The notes beneath the pieces are model-generated. The model saw nothing but the letters and a program-made list of their open reading frames with translations, was not told where the DNA came from and did no database searches. Shown here one piece after another: positions 22,961 through 34,400 of a stretch of DNA of 47,914 nucleotides (within the stretch, counting starts at the first letter, position 1; each line of letters begins with the position of its first letter). The stretch is from Octopus bimaculoides (taxonomy: Eukaryota), in NCBI RefSeq assembly GCF_001194135.2, contig NC_068985.1:86217193-86265106 (forward strand). The letters are read 5' to 3'. The position numbers were made by a program, and so were the translations under genes.

Positions 22961-24299
22961 CTACTCATTTATGTATAATATTTATGTATAATATATACAA
23001 TTTTTTTTTTCCTGTAGGAATAGACAATGTCCGTATCGTTTGAAGGCCAACCAAGTCCAGTTATGTCATTACTGTTCCCTCTTGAATCCTTATTAGTGAA
23101 CATTTGCAGGAAATATATGAGCAAGGTGGAAATTCCAGAGGGATGAGGTTTTTGTTGGAAAGTACTGGGTGTACTGATTAGAATGGGGCCTGTGGGTTCA
23201 CACAGCAAGGCTGATGGAAAGAGGAGAAAGCAAGTGAAATGGGAAAGCTAGAGTGGAAGTGGCATGAGCCCAGCCAGATTTAAGGAACAGAACAAAATAA
23301 TGATAGAAGAGGCAGCTCACTGGTGAATCAGAAGGTGAAACACATATACCAGTGAACGATATATGCTTATAAATATGGGCAATGAAATCCGAGTCAAACA
23401 TATATTTCTCATTTATAATAATGCATTAAATTTCTTTAGAAATATTATGTATGGAGAGAAAAGTATTTAGTCAGATTTATTGTAATTGCTATATAAAATA
23501 TACTGTAAATGTTAATGCATCTTAAATGAAACTAAGAAAAAGAAATTTCAAAGTGACCTTTGAACCTCATAGTTTTGGCTGTGAAATTGCTCTGGCTGAG
23601 AAGTTGATGTGAAGGAAATGACATGATTGTACTTTGTATGAAAAATATGCACATTCCATACACATGTACAAAGATATATAAATGTGTGTGTATGTGTATT
23701 TATATACGTGTATAATCTGAGAAACAATAGCATACTGAAGATTATAAGAAGTTTGCTACTTCAAATATATGTGTTTACCACAAGAAAAGAAGAAAGTCTG
23801 CTATTTGAAGAAAGAAACCAAGACTTCCAGATCTTTCTTCTCTTCTCTCTCTCTCTCTTCACAGAAGACCTGAGCCAGAAGTAATGACCCTGCTGTATTC
23901 TTTGTATCGAATACATTCATTTAAACTATCATATTCTCTCTTAGAGTGTTTAACAGGGATGCTGAGTTCCACCAGTTTCTTCCAGTTATGGATTTTACAC
24001 AAAGAAATATTGCCATAGATGTAAACTAAAGCAAAAAATACAATGGAAACTCGCCTAAAGACAATGCATTCATCCAATTCTAAACTAAATGTGGTATTGG
24101 TATTAACATAAGTAAACTTAACTGTGTTATACAAAGCAGTCAAGTGGGGGANNNNNNNNNNACTTAAAAACAGAGATTTGACTAGAAACAAGATTGCTTT
24201 CATCTCATCAATACTTCAAAGGAAAAAAATGCTCTGAAGAATACAGTGGAACCAATATGCCAAATACGTAAAGGTGTCTGATATAAAAACTGAAAAACT

Positions 24300-24650
24300 A
24301 ATTCACCAGAAGAATGGTTCAGGCCATGCAATGCTGTCTATAGAAACAGTAATATATAGATTTGTTACTCTGAAAAATTCTTCAGATGCAGTAAGAGTGG
24401 CCAAGAAGAGTGAAACATTTAATAATGTAATCCTGGGTGAACTGTGCTTAAGTTTAAGACGCAGTGGCATGATAGGCGTTACTTTTGGTCTACTGCATCA
24501 AGAACAACCTAAGGTTAAACATCAATAAATGAAAAATGATTTAAATACATTTCTGGAAATGATGAGAGAGAGACAACGGACAAGAGACCAGATAGTGTAA
24601 ATCAAAAGTGGAAGGAAAATTACAAAGAATTATTAAATTCTATCTGATCA
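24300..24650 (+). mobile_element. Highly decayed RTE LINE remnant (endonuclease-RT linker)
   Basis: VNQKWKENYKELLN (24597-24638) matches the LINE motif ..RWKEYFEELLN; AVRVAKK upstream fits the preceding AVA.AK motif. Confidence 0.45.
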
Positions 24651-24874
24651 TTGCAGCTAAGAATATATATAAAAAAAAAAAAATGGGGACTGAAAAAATT
24701 TCACGATATATAGCTTTTGAAATAAAGGTTATGCAGAGATAAGGCTATAACTGTCATCTCTGTTTGTAATATCAAAGTTGAGCACAATAAGATAGAAAAA
24801 TATGAAAGAAAGAAAATAGCTGGTTCTTTCACACTGACAAAATAAGAAATTTCTTTTTAAGCAGAGGTGGTCAT

Positions 24875-25030
24875 GCAATTAAAGTTTGCTTCCTAAGTAT
24901 GTGGCTTTGGGTTCAGTCCTACTGGGTCATACCTTTGGCAAGTGTCCTCTACTAAAGTCCCCGGATGATGAAAAACTTGTGAGTGGATTTGGTGGACAGA
25001 AACTGAAAGAAGCCTGTTGTATGTATGCAT
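24875..25030 (+). mobile_element. SINE family A head
   Basis: GGGTTCAGTCCTACTGGGTCATACCTTTGGCAAGTGTCCTCTACTA...GTGAGTGGATTTGGTGGACAGAAACTGAAAGAAGCCTG. Confidence 0.75.
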
Positions 25031-25039
25031 CCTTGTTCT

Positions 25040-25278
25040 GATATTGTGGGATAGATGTAAATGGACATCAGCATTTTACAAGAGATGGCTGATGGGGATC
25101 ATTTCCAATCTGCCATGAAATCATTCCCTGTCAAAGGGATATTTAATGTTGCTTGGAGACAAGTGAGGGTTAGCGACAGGAAGGGCATCTGGCTGTACAG
25201 GAAATCTGCTTTGGCAAATTCTGTTTGACTTATGCAATCATAGAAATGCAGGAAGAATTAAAGCAATGATGATGATGA
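25040..25278 (+). mobile_element. SINE family C variant tail ending in (GAT)n
   Basis: GGGTTAGCGACAGGAAGGGCATCTGGCTGTA...GATGATGATG. Confidence 0.6.
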
Positions 25279-26129
25279 CATATCACTTGTATCATATAAA
25301 AAATCCTTTCTCCAAGAGAAGAAAAAACAAAAATCAATGGTATTTAGAGAGAAGACCACAAGGAAAATAATGATCTCATACTTAAATAATGACGTCTTGA
25401 AAATAATAAACAGCCTTATAGAATCAATATTTATAGATACCTCAGCCACATGTAAAAACACACATGCATGCATGCACACATACATGCACACACACATGCA
25501 CACACAGTAGAACAAGATTTCTTTTAAGTAACTCTCCTAAGTCCTCCACTATGGTTACTTTGTCAATGGCTCAGATATACAAACAGAATTTCATATACAA
25601 GTAGAATCAGGAATTGGCAGAATAATGGTAATAGGGAACTCAAGTGGTTGTAAATAAAAGGAACAAAACAGGCTTTTGAAGGATTCCTTGGCAAACCTTT
25701 CAAAAGTGAAACCCAAATATTCATGATTCTTGGGAAGTGAGGAGAGTCTTAGGAAAACACTTACGAGGAAATAAGAACTCTTGTAACAAGGAATCTTCTC
25801 TAACATCAACAAGAATACTATTAATAAAGATTCTTGCATTTGTCAGAAGGGCAAGAAAAATGTATAACAAGTAAATATGTTAATGAAAACAAACATTTTG
25901 GGATTTAAAAAAGAAAAAAGTGAATAAAAAAAAGCAAATGACAAGTTTGTGTAAATTCATATAATCACCTTTTATTCCAGTGTGTGCATACACACTTGCA
26001 TGTATGTACAGATGCATGTATGCACAAATAGAAATGTACTTATTGTGGGATCATAGCCAATAGCCAAGATTGATTATATCAATCTACCATGGCATGAAAA
26101 CAAATACACTCACACACAAATTGAATAGC

Positions 26130-26437
26130 AGTCATAGAAGATAACCAAAATGTGAGGATTGGAAATAGAACCAATCCTTATAATAATACATGCCTTGGGA
26201 GTTATTGATGAACGCATAGACACATACATAAGCCAAACCCCAGGACTGACAAATATAGATGCAATATATAGGAAAACAGTACCACCAGGCACTGCACAGA
26301 TATTACATAATGTACTGTCAATACAATAGAATAAACCAAATCAAACTATTGTACATACCCAAGGCAGCACACACAGAACTGTGCTTCATACTGCAGTGAA
26401 TGCATGGAATTAAAAAGATAAGACATTCATAATAATG

Positions 26438-26493
<56 letters not shown>

Positions 26494-26495
26494 TA
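26130..26495 (+). mobile_element. R4/Dong-clade LINE 3' fragment with 3'UTR and long (TAA)n tail
   Basis: KITKM*GLEIEPILIIIHALGVIDERIDTYISQTPGLTNIDAIYRKTVPPGTAQILHNVLSIQ* (TAG 26327-29). The 3'UTR ACATACCCAAGGCAGCACACACAGAACTGTGCTTCA matches 5001-5030; (TAA)n at 26429-26495. Confidence 0.8.
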
Positions 26496-26589
26496 GTAGT
26501 AGTAGTAGTAATAACATTTTGGCAACACTATTATTGTTGATGTTGTTGTCATTATTATTCTTGCTGTTGTATTGTTGGTTGGAAACTAT

Positions 26590-26850
26590 TTAAAAAATAT
26601 AACATGGATGGAGGTGGTAGTTGGTATAAACATCACCATAATACAGAGGAAGATAAGTTGTGGTGGGGTTTCATCATTCAATGAGATAAAGAGGTTGAGG
26701 TCAGGAGACCAGACATTGTTATCATTACCAGATAGGAAAGATACTGAACAACTACTGATGTAACATCTCTGGGTGATAGCAGAGTGTAGAGGGAACTTGC
26801 TAAATGACATAAATCATGTTTGAAGAAGACTGGAGACTGAAATTCGAAAA
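26590..26850 (+). mobile_element. R4/Dong-clade LINE fragment, restriction-like endonuclease region
   Basis: WYKHHHNTEEDKLWWGFIIQ*DKEVEVRRPDIVII...TDVTSLGDSRV matches the R4 WY.H..(K)ILWDF.IQTD..RRPDI..D motif; in-frame stops. Confidence 0.75.
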
Positions 26851-27179
26851 GGAATATTACAGTCAGCCATATTACTAAGAGTCACAAGAAACCTAAGGTA
26901 AGGTTGAGCGAATGAAAGAATCTCAAATGAATCTTGCCTCTTGGATTATCTTGCCCCTTGGATTTAATTTCAAAATTCACTTGTATCATAGAGAAAAGTT
27001 AGATATCAAAGTAAGTATGTAAATGCTCCAAAAATCTTCCCTCCTTGGAACAGCTCATACATTTGAAAGAAAGGTATTTTCTGTTGAAGGCCCTTTGTTA
27101 AGGACTGGCAGCATAAAGAAAACAAACAACAAAACATAAAATTTTATATCCAGACTGCAATAATAATAATAATTATAGG

Positions 27180-27645
27180 TACCAGTCAGTGGCTCTCGTG
27201 GCTTTTGATCTTAACTGATTGGAAGTGTTATCATATACATGTTTTGTCTTAGCATAAAAGATGGGCTACAGTTAATATTCTGCTCAATACCAAGTGGGGG
27301 AGCATCATAGCCATGTGTTGAGAGGAATTTTTGGGGTTTGGATAATTCACCTTTGGAAACATGGCTGTTTCATTCCACATGCTTAAACAACTCTTATTCA
27401 GGGACATTTTGAATGGGGTGGGCTACTCAACCTGAAGAAAATTCTTGCTGGGCCCCATTGCAAGGTCGTGCGCTGTTTATTTTGATATGCGATCACCATG
27501 TCTCGCACATATGGTTGTGATGCATGTGCCTGGTGTACCCTTATCAGACGGGTAGTCATGATGGGTATACTGGGCTTCCTATAATTGTACCCCAGTGTCA
27601 CTTTGATGGCATGCACTGCTCTCTCACTCAATAATAATAACAATG
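27180..27645 (+). mobile_element. Unclassified interspersed repeat (about 460 bp) ending in (TAA)n
   Basis: High-complexity GC-richer block ending TGTCACTTTGATGGCATGCACTGCTCTCTCACTCAATAATAATAA, recognised as a common octopus repeat (recollection, unverified). Confidence 0.5.
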
Positions 27646-27969
27646 ATGATGATGATGATGGCAATCAAATTACAAGTTTATTGAAAAAAATGATGTGAAT
27701 AAGCATGATGTCTTTTGGATCCTCATCACTTAAGGTCAACTTTTCAATGCACTTGCATGCGTTGGATGGAATTCAATGGGGAGCATTTTCTACAGGTAGG
27801 TACTCTTTCTGTTGCCAACCCACAAGCAATTTAATAGTTTCCCCAAGACCACACATATTTTTGCAGACATTTGAAAACGACACTACATAACATGATGGTG
27901 ATGTTTGCTTACATTAATTGCATGAAGTTCAAGACAAGGAGACTGTAACACATGTACATAGACATAAAT

Positions 27970-28086
27970 ATGAATTCCTTAACTGTCCATGAGGGGCCAG
28001 GACATTACCAACAAAGAGCTGATACAATGAGTTCCCTAACTGTGCACGAGGGATCAGGACATTACTTTACCAACAAAGAGCTGATA
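27970..28086. repeat. Two-unit tandem duplication (57 and 60 bp)
   Basis: ATGAATTCCTTAACTGTCCATGAGGGGCCAGGACATTAC-CAACAAAGAGCTGATA versus ATGAGTTCCCTAACTGTGCACGAGGGATCAGGACATTACTTTACCAACAAAGAGCTGATA. Confidence 0.9.
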
Positions 28087-28440
28087 ATACTTGATAAAAT
28101 GATGAAGGAAACCGAGATCATAGATATTGCCACACCTGTGTGAGTTAATGATAAAGAATTGGAAAAGACAGAGAAGTACAAGAAGCCACTAAAAGATGAG
28201 ATTACATGAATGTGGGCAATGAAGAAAGTAACTGTCATCCCTGTAGAGGTACAGGGAGTATTAACAACCAGGTTTGAGAAATTTATTAGTAAATTTGGGA
28301 TTGACAAGGAGATAGAACATGTTTAGAAAACTGCTCTATTGGGAATAGTGTCAATTTTGAGACTGGTTCAGTGATGTTAAGTATCATGGAAATTGACCCT
28401 GGGAGACCTTTGACAACAAGTTGTTGTCTGCTCTTACAAA
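28075..28440 (+). mobile_element. R4/Dong-clade LINE 3' fragment (second family)
   Basis: ELIILDKMMKETEIIDIATPV*VNDKELEKTEKYKKPLKDEIT*MWAMKKVTVIPVEVQGVL...EHV*KTALLGIVSILRLV, the RLE D..P..E.EK..KY..L..EI..MW...V.PV region. Confidence 0.8.
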
Positions 28441-28494
28441 ATTAACAGAAGCAAGTGAAATCAAGAACTCTGAGAATTGAGATGTAAAACAATG

Positions 28495-28700
28495 ATAACT
28501 TCAAAGTTAGGCACAAGGCCAGTAGTTTTTGAAGAGAGGTGATTAACCTATAATACCGGTCCCAGTACATGACTGGTACTATATTGACCTTGAAAGGACA
28601 CAAAGTAAAGTTGACCTGGGTGGGATTTGAACTCAGATTGTAAAAAGCTGGAACAGATACTCCAAAGCAGTTTTTTTTTTCCAATGCCCTAACCACTCAT
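28495..28700 (-). mobile_element. MetaSINE-like element (family D)
   Basis: CCCAGTACATGACTGGTACT.TATTGACCTTGAAAGG...AAAGTTGACCTGGGTGGGATTTGAACTCAG. Confidence 0.7.
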
Positions 28701-29339
28701 AGAATAAAAAGATATTTTGTACAAAATATGAAAACAAAAATTTTCATTAATAATGTTTTTTTTTTTAATTCATTTGGTATTTTTGTAGGGGAATGGTAGA
28801 AATGTTTTTTTTTTTTATGGGAAAGGAAAAGAGAGATGGAAAGAGAAGAGAAATATCTGATTTTTATTTTTTTTCAGAAAAAAATCTATAATAGATTATA
28901 CTGAGACAGAAAGGGAAAAAAAACATGGTTGGAATTTTTGTTTTGCTTCTTACAAATTAAATTAAATAAAAAATAATATTTTTAGTGAATGGTTGACATC
29001 TCTGAAGAATACAGAATGCTATAAACTAAACAACTGACAGCTATTTGAGGTTTGTGTTTGTGTGTTTGAGCAGAAAGTCCAATCTAATATTTTTCATCAG
29101 CAACTTAGCTGTGTGTGTTTGGATGGAAGTAAACGCTTCCTCTATACACTGCTACCTGTGATATAGTTATGGTGGTTGTTGTGGTTGTTGTTATAGGTGG
29201 TGAGTGTAGCGATAGTTATCTGGTGTCATATGTAGGTACATTACAACTCTGACTTTTTCTATAACAGCAACATCAACTACTACTACTACTACAGTTAAGC
29301 ACTAGGTATAATTGAAAAGGAAGTCATTCAAGTTGTGAA

Positions 29340-29356
29340 TAAATAACAACAACAGC

Positions 29357-29413
<57 letters not shown>

Positions 29414-29430
29414 CATAATAACAATAATAA
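29340..29430. repeat. (AAT)n microsatellite (tail of the adjacent minus-strand SINE)
   Basis: Direct reading. Confidence 0.95.
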
Positions 29431-29640
29431 TCCTTTCTACTATAGTCATAGGGCCTGAAATTTTGGGGGAGGAGGTAAGTTGATTACATTGATCCCAGTG
29501 CATAGCTGGTACTTATTTCATCGACCCTGAAAGAATAAAAGGCAAAGTCAACCTTGGAGGAATTTGAACTCAGAAAGCAAAAGAGAGATAATAGAACTGC
29601 CACTAATCCTTTTGTCCAGCCTACTAAGTGTTCTATCAGC
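29431..29640 (-). mobile_element. MetaSINE-like element (family D), well preserved
   Basis: CTGGTACTTATTTCATCGACCCTGAAAGAATAAAAGGCAAAGTCAACCTTGGAGGAATTTGAACTCAGAA; reverse complement of 45988-46203. Confidence 0.8.
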
Positions 29641-29674
29641 AACAATAATAATAATAATAATAACAGAGCACTGA

Positions 29675-30107
29675 AGGCCGGACATGATAACCTTTAGGAG
29701 GAACAAACAAGAGTGCCTAATAATCGACATAGCAGTGCCAGGAGATCAACATATCATCATGAAAGAAAGAGAAAAGATGGATAAATATGGAGACCTGAGA
29801 ATTGAGATGACTAAGATGTGGCAGCTATGAGAATCAGTCATGAAGGTTGTCCCAGTTGTCATCAGAGCATTGGGTTCAATACCACCTAATCTGAACAAAA
29901 CATCAGAAAACCCTAGAAATACCCTACAATCTAGGTGTATTGCAAAAGTCAACATCCCTTGGAACTGCATGCATATTGTGTCAGGTACTGTCTATCTGAG
30001 GTCCTTGTTGTGACTTGACAGACATTACAAACCCCCAGTAGACACAATATCTTCAATCAACAACATCAATCATATTGGATACTGTGCGACTTCTTAAATA
30101 ATAATAA
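29675..30107 (+). mobile_element. R4/Dong-clade LINE 3' fragment with recognisable RLE catalytic motifs, 3'UTR and (TAA)n tail
   Basis: RPDMITFRRNKQECLIIDIAVPGDQHIIMKEREKMDKYGDLRIEMTKMWQL*ESVMKVVPVVIRALGSIP, frameshift, LEIPYNLGVLQKSTSLGTACILCQVLSI* (TGA 29997-99). PD..D..K motif present; begins just after (AAT)n at 29644-29662. Confidence 0.9.
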
Positions 30108-30224
30108 TATTTTATTAGCGACAAGGTCCAAAAGACTTTCCTGGAAAATAAGGGCAGTGGGGAGTTCCATAGATATATGTGTGTAAATGAATATAAAAAA
30201 ACAATTAACAATAATAACATCAGT

Positions 30225-30450
30225 AGTAATTCTTTCTAATTATGGAAGAAAGTAAGTAATTTTAGAGAAGGGATTTAGTTTATTGGATTGACCCCCAGTA
30301 CATGACTAGTTACTTTATTTGATCAAAACTGAAAGGATGAAAGGCAAAGACAACGTTAGCAGCATTGGAAGTCAGAGAGTATTAAAAAAACCAGAAGAAA
30401 CGTTGCTAAGCATTTTGCCTCACACAATAAAGATTCTGCTAGCTTGTCTC
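30225..30450 (-). mobile_element. MetaSINE-like element (family D)
   Basis: GACCCCCAGTACATGACTAGTTACTTTATTTGATC....AAAGGATGAAAGGCAAAGAC. Confidence 0.65.
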
Positions 30451-31619
30451 CTAACGATAATAATAATAATAAGAAGAAGAAGGATCTCTTTTATTGGCCA
30501 TAGGGGCATGGATAATATGGATATCACAAAGATAGTCCACAATTTGTGCATGAGTTTGGCCATTAGGTTGAGGGATGAGATGACATTGCAATGATAGTTT
30601 TAAGGAAGTCGATGAGTGAAGAGAGGAAAAAATGTCTAAATGAAAGCATACACAATCAGCAAATTGTACTCAATATATTGGATTGCAGGTAACATAGTCT
30701 AGACACTCTACAATTATATACATGCCATCTTTGCCCATAGCTTTGGGTTCATCCAAGTCTCAGGAGTAAAAAATAATTAGTGGAGACTGTGTGGAAGCCT
30801 GTTGGATGGATTCAGCTTTAGAATTACATTAAAAGTCCAGGTGTTTGTTGAACACTCAGCTACATTCATATCAATCCGATGGGGAGATAGTTCCGTAGGT
30901 CAACAACTGAATGCTCCTCACCGAAAGTCCCAAGAACAGGATCAGCATTTATAGCCAAGCATGGAACTCCACAGATCTTGTAGTAGAGTCATTTACTAAT
31001 TGTAATCTCCAGTTTACAGGTGCAGGCTGAGGGTAGGCCCTTTCAGTCAAACCATGATTGCTTCTTTCACCCAGCTTTCGGCAGGTTTATTAGAGGGCAA
31101 CAGATCACTCTCCACTCTTGCTTTCATCTTCAAGTGGGATATGAAAAATTAATGAGGATTTCAGCAGGAAGGAAAGTGACTGTACAGGGAATAAAATGAG
31201 CAACAAAATTCAATTCAAAACACAAGTAGTTCTTATAGTGTGACAGGAAAATCTCCCATATTTTACACACCCATTAACATGGTGCGAGTGAAGTTAGGCA
31301 GGCAATAACAGTGTCTTAATATAGCTAATATTTCATCATATTTTTATTATTTTTTGTTACCAAAATAGTTTGGATTGGTGAACATTGTGTATTTGCTATC
31401 AAAACGTTCATCAAGAATGGGAATCTGGGAGCTTTTCTCTTTTTTTTCTTCTTTTTTCAACCACATTTGAAAGTCAATCTAAATATAAACGAAACCTTGA
31501 ATCTAGAAATAATCTCTTGAACAGTTTGTTTGGTTCAGTTTCTATCAGGAGTGAAGAATGGTCTTTCTCACTCCAGTTTCTTTATCATTCATTTACCAAC
31601 AACCAAAATGACAATGTCA

Positions 31620-32190
31620 CTTTCCCCATCTCTTCCTCGCTTTCCCCCCATCTCTTCTTCACTTCCCCCTCTCTTCCTCACTTTCCCCCTCTCTTCTTCA
31701 CTTCCCCCCTCTCTTCTTCACTTTCCCCCTCTCTTCCTCACTTTCCTCCTCTCTTCTTCACTTCCCCCTCTCTTCCTCACTTTCCCCCTNNNNNNNNNNN
31801 NNNNNNNNNNNNNNNNNNNNNNNNNNNNNNNNNNNNNNNNNNNNNNNNNNNNNNNNNNNNNNNNNNNNNNNNNNNNNNNNNNNNNNNNNNNNNNNNNNNN
31901 NNNNNNNNNNNNNNNNNNNNNNNCCTCTCTTCTTCACTTTCCCCCTCTCTTCCTCGCTTTCCCCCTCTCTTCTTCACTTTCCCCCTCTCTTCCTCGCTTT
32001 CCTCCTCTCTTCCTCGCTTTCCTCCTCTCTTCCTCGCTTTCCTCCTCTCTTCCTCACTTCTCCCCTCTCTCCCTCACTTTCCTCCTCTCTTTCTCACTTT
32101 CCCCCTCTCTTCCTCATTTTCCCCCTCTTTTCCTCGCTCCCCCCTCTCTTCCTCACTTTCCCCCCTCTATTCCACGCTTTCCTCCTCTAT
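31620..32190. repeat. 20-bp polypyrimidine/polypurine minisatellite (consensus CTCTCTTCCTCACTTTCCCC), spans a gap
   Basis: Clear 20-nt periodicity at 31921-32060; explains ORFs 31385..32197 and 31530..32279. Confidence 0.95.
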
Positions 32191-32374
32191 CCACTAAAAA
32201 GAATAAGTCCAACCAGGTGGATTCTTCCTTCCCCACAGCTATTGAACTGATAAAATCTCTTATCAGATCTTCCTATTGATTCATAATTGATTGGTACAAA
32301 GCATCATCAATTTCCTTGGATTACTGATTTTACTTTGAAATCGTTCATGAGACAATAACTCAGATGTAATGGGT

Positions 32375-32530
32375 GCACAAGCATGGCTGTGTATTTAAGA
32401 AGTTTGGTTTACAAACATGGTGTCAAGTTCGATCCCACTCTGTGGCACCTTGGATAAATATTGTCTACTATAATCTTGGTGATGCCAATACTTCCAGAGT
32501 GGAATTTGGGTGACTTGAACTGAATGACTC
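32375..32530 (+). mobile_element. SINE family A head
   Basis: GCATGGCTGTGTATTTAAGAAGTTTG...CAAGTTCGATCCCACTCTGTGGCACCTTGGATAAATATTGTCTACTATA; B-box GTTCGATCCC. Confidence 0.7.
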
Positions 32531-33203
32531 GTTGTGTGTTTTTGTATCCACTTACTTTCAGACTGGCACCATTTTGACAGCACCAATATTATCTGTGTCA
32601 GGCAGATGTTCAACAAGTGAAGATATGAAAGAAAGTACGTTACTTGAAAATGAAGAATGGCATCAGATAGACCAACGGCTGACAACGCTAAACACAAGAG
32701 TCAGCCTCAGTAAAAGAAAGGACCTCTGAGAATTTCCTTGAGAAAAGTTATGTCCTTACCAAGGAATTTTCGTGATAGAATACCAAGTTGGCATATTTGT
32801 CGAGTATATTTCACAAGATACCATCTTGTTGGTTCCATACAAGTAAACTTGTCACACCTAACCGGCCACTGGAACAAGTACCCCAAAGCACCCTCATACT
32901 TCTCCAACGCTCTCTTAGTTCTACTAATCGATCACCCTGAATTTCTGATTTATTTTATTGACTCCATATGAATCGAAAGCAAAGATTACATCATCAATTT
33001 TTCACTTCAGGTCCATAGTTGACCCAAGTGTCTTCAATAATAATTGAATAGTGATGAACCAACAAGAGAAACTCTATGATTGTGGTCACTTGGCATTATA
33101 AATAGTGGCCTCATCTCCCTCAAATTATACTTTATCATTTTTAAAATATTAGAAGAACATATTTAATACTACAATCCTTGATACCTTTACAAAGTTAGGA
33201 TGG

Positions 33204-33254
<51 letters not shown>

Positions 33255-33257
<3 letters not shown>

Positions 33258-33525
33258 TCATTTAATGTCCGTTGTCCATGCTGGCATGGGTTGCACGGTT
33301 TATCTGGGCTGGCACGCTGGAAGGCTGCACCAGACTCCAGTCTGATTAGCATGGTTTTCTATGGCTGTATGTCCTTCCTAATGCTAACCAATCCAAGAGT
33401 GTAATGGGTGCTTTTATGTGCCACTAGCACATGTGCCATTTGTGTGACACCGGTATCTGTCATGACTGATTTTGCTCGGCTTGATGGGTTTCATTCTTAA
33501 GCACGACATAATGCCAAAGGCCCAA
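33255..33525 (-). mobile_element. SINE family C, tail plus internal region
   Basis: TCATCATTTAATGTCCGTTGTCCATGCTGGCATGGGTTGCACGG...CCTTCCTAATGCTAACC...GGGTGCTTTTATGTGCCAC. Confidence 0.8.
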
Positions 33526-34162
33526 CACACATACACACGTGTGTGTGTGTGTGTAAATATGCATGTATACGCACACATTAAAGCACAATATGTAGTTACA
33601 TATGCACAGACACAAGGCAAAATAAACCCTTTGTAAAAGAATGTAAATAACAGAAGTTTAGACCAGATAACAGAAGTTAGGCTAAAGGAGACAAACATTC
33701 ACAGAATACTGTTAAAAGTCTGATGATGGTTAACTGTGTGTCTGTGTAATCACATAAGCTAAATTAAGATTAAGCACTCAGACATTGTCATTGGAGATGA
33801 TGAGTAAAAAGAAAATCTCTTTATCAACGTGTCAACCAATCGTTAATCATTAATCAACATGTCAATCAATCATTGATCAGAATGTTAACCTGAAGAATTT
33901 AATAATCTTTCAGAATATAAAGTTTTAGAGATAAAAATAGTGTGTGGAATAAAAAGTAAAAGATTTCAAGGTAGTTTTGATTAAATTTGAGGAAAACAGA
34001 GAGAGCTTGCAGAGTCATATGTTTACATAAAAAGTAGCTGAATCTAATTTTATTGGGTTCTGTATGCTTTTTAAAGTAGTGCCCTCACCTTAGAACTGAA
34101 TATGTTAATACAACTGTATGTTAGACTCTTGTAGTTGTTCCTAATACTATGAATAATGATTT

Positions 34163-34400
34163 CATCATTTAATGTCTGCTGTCCATGCTGACATGGGTTG
34201 GACAGTTTGACAGGAGTTGGTAACCTGGAGGGCTGCACCAAGCTCAATTTGTCTGTAATGGCACAGTTTCTACAGCTGGACATTTCTTTCTCCTGTCAAC
34301 CACTTTATAAAGCGTACTGGGTGCTTAACACATGGCACCGGCACAGGGGCCTTTTATGTGGCACTGATACAGGTACTTTTCATATGGCACAGGCACTGGT
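34163..34400 (-). mobile_element. SINE family C
   Basis: TCATCATTTAATGTCTGCTGTCCATGCTGACATGGGTTGGACAGTTTGAC. Confidence 0.75.

Noticed and set aside
23859-24528. ORFs 23859..24203 (minus) and 24274..24528 (plus) as host exons
   Set aside because: No recognisable domain or convincing splice pair; the downstream part is better explained as a decayed RTE linker.
30895-30930. CTGAATG...CCGAAAGTC as a Penelope hammerhead
   Set aside because: Core deviates from CUGANGA and there is no stem II complementarity.
31385-32279. 270-aa and 249-aa Ser/Pro/Leu-rich ORFs
   Set aside because: Produced by the 20-bp pyrimidine minisatellite and a gap; flanking peptides match nothing I recognise.
33797-33893. 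C/D-box snoRNA candidate (ATGATGA ... CTGA)
   Set aside because: No terminal stem and no recognisable rRNA-antisense guide; the interior is a ~29-bp tandem duplication.
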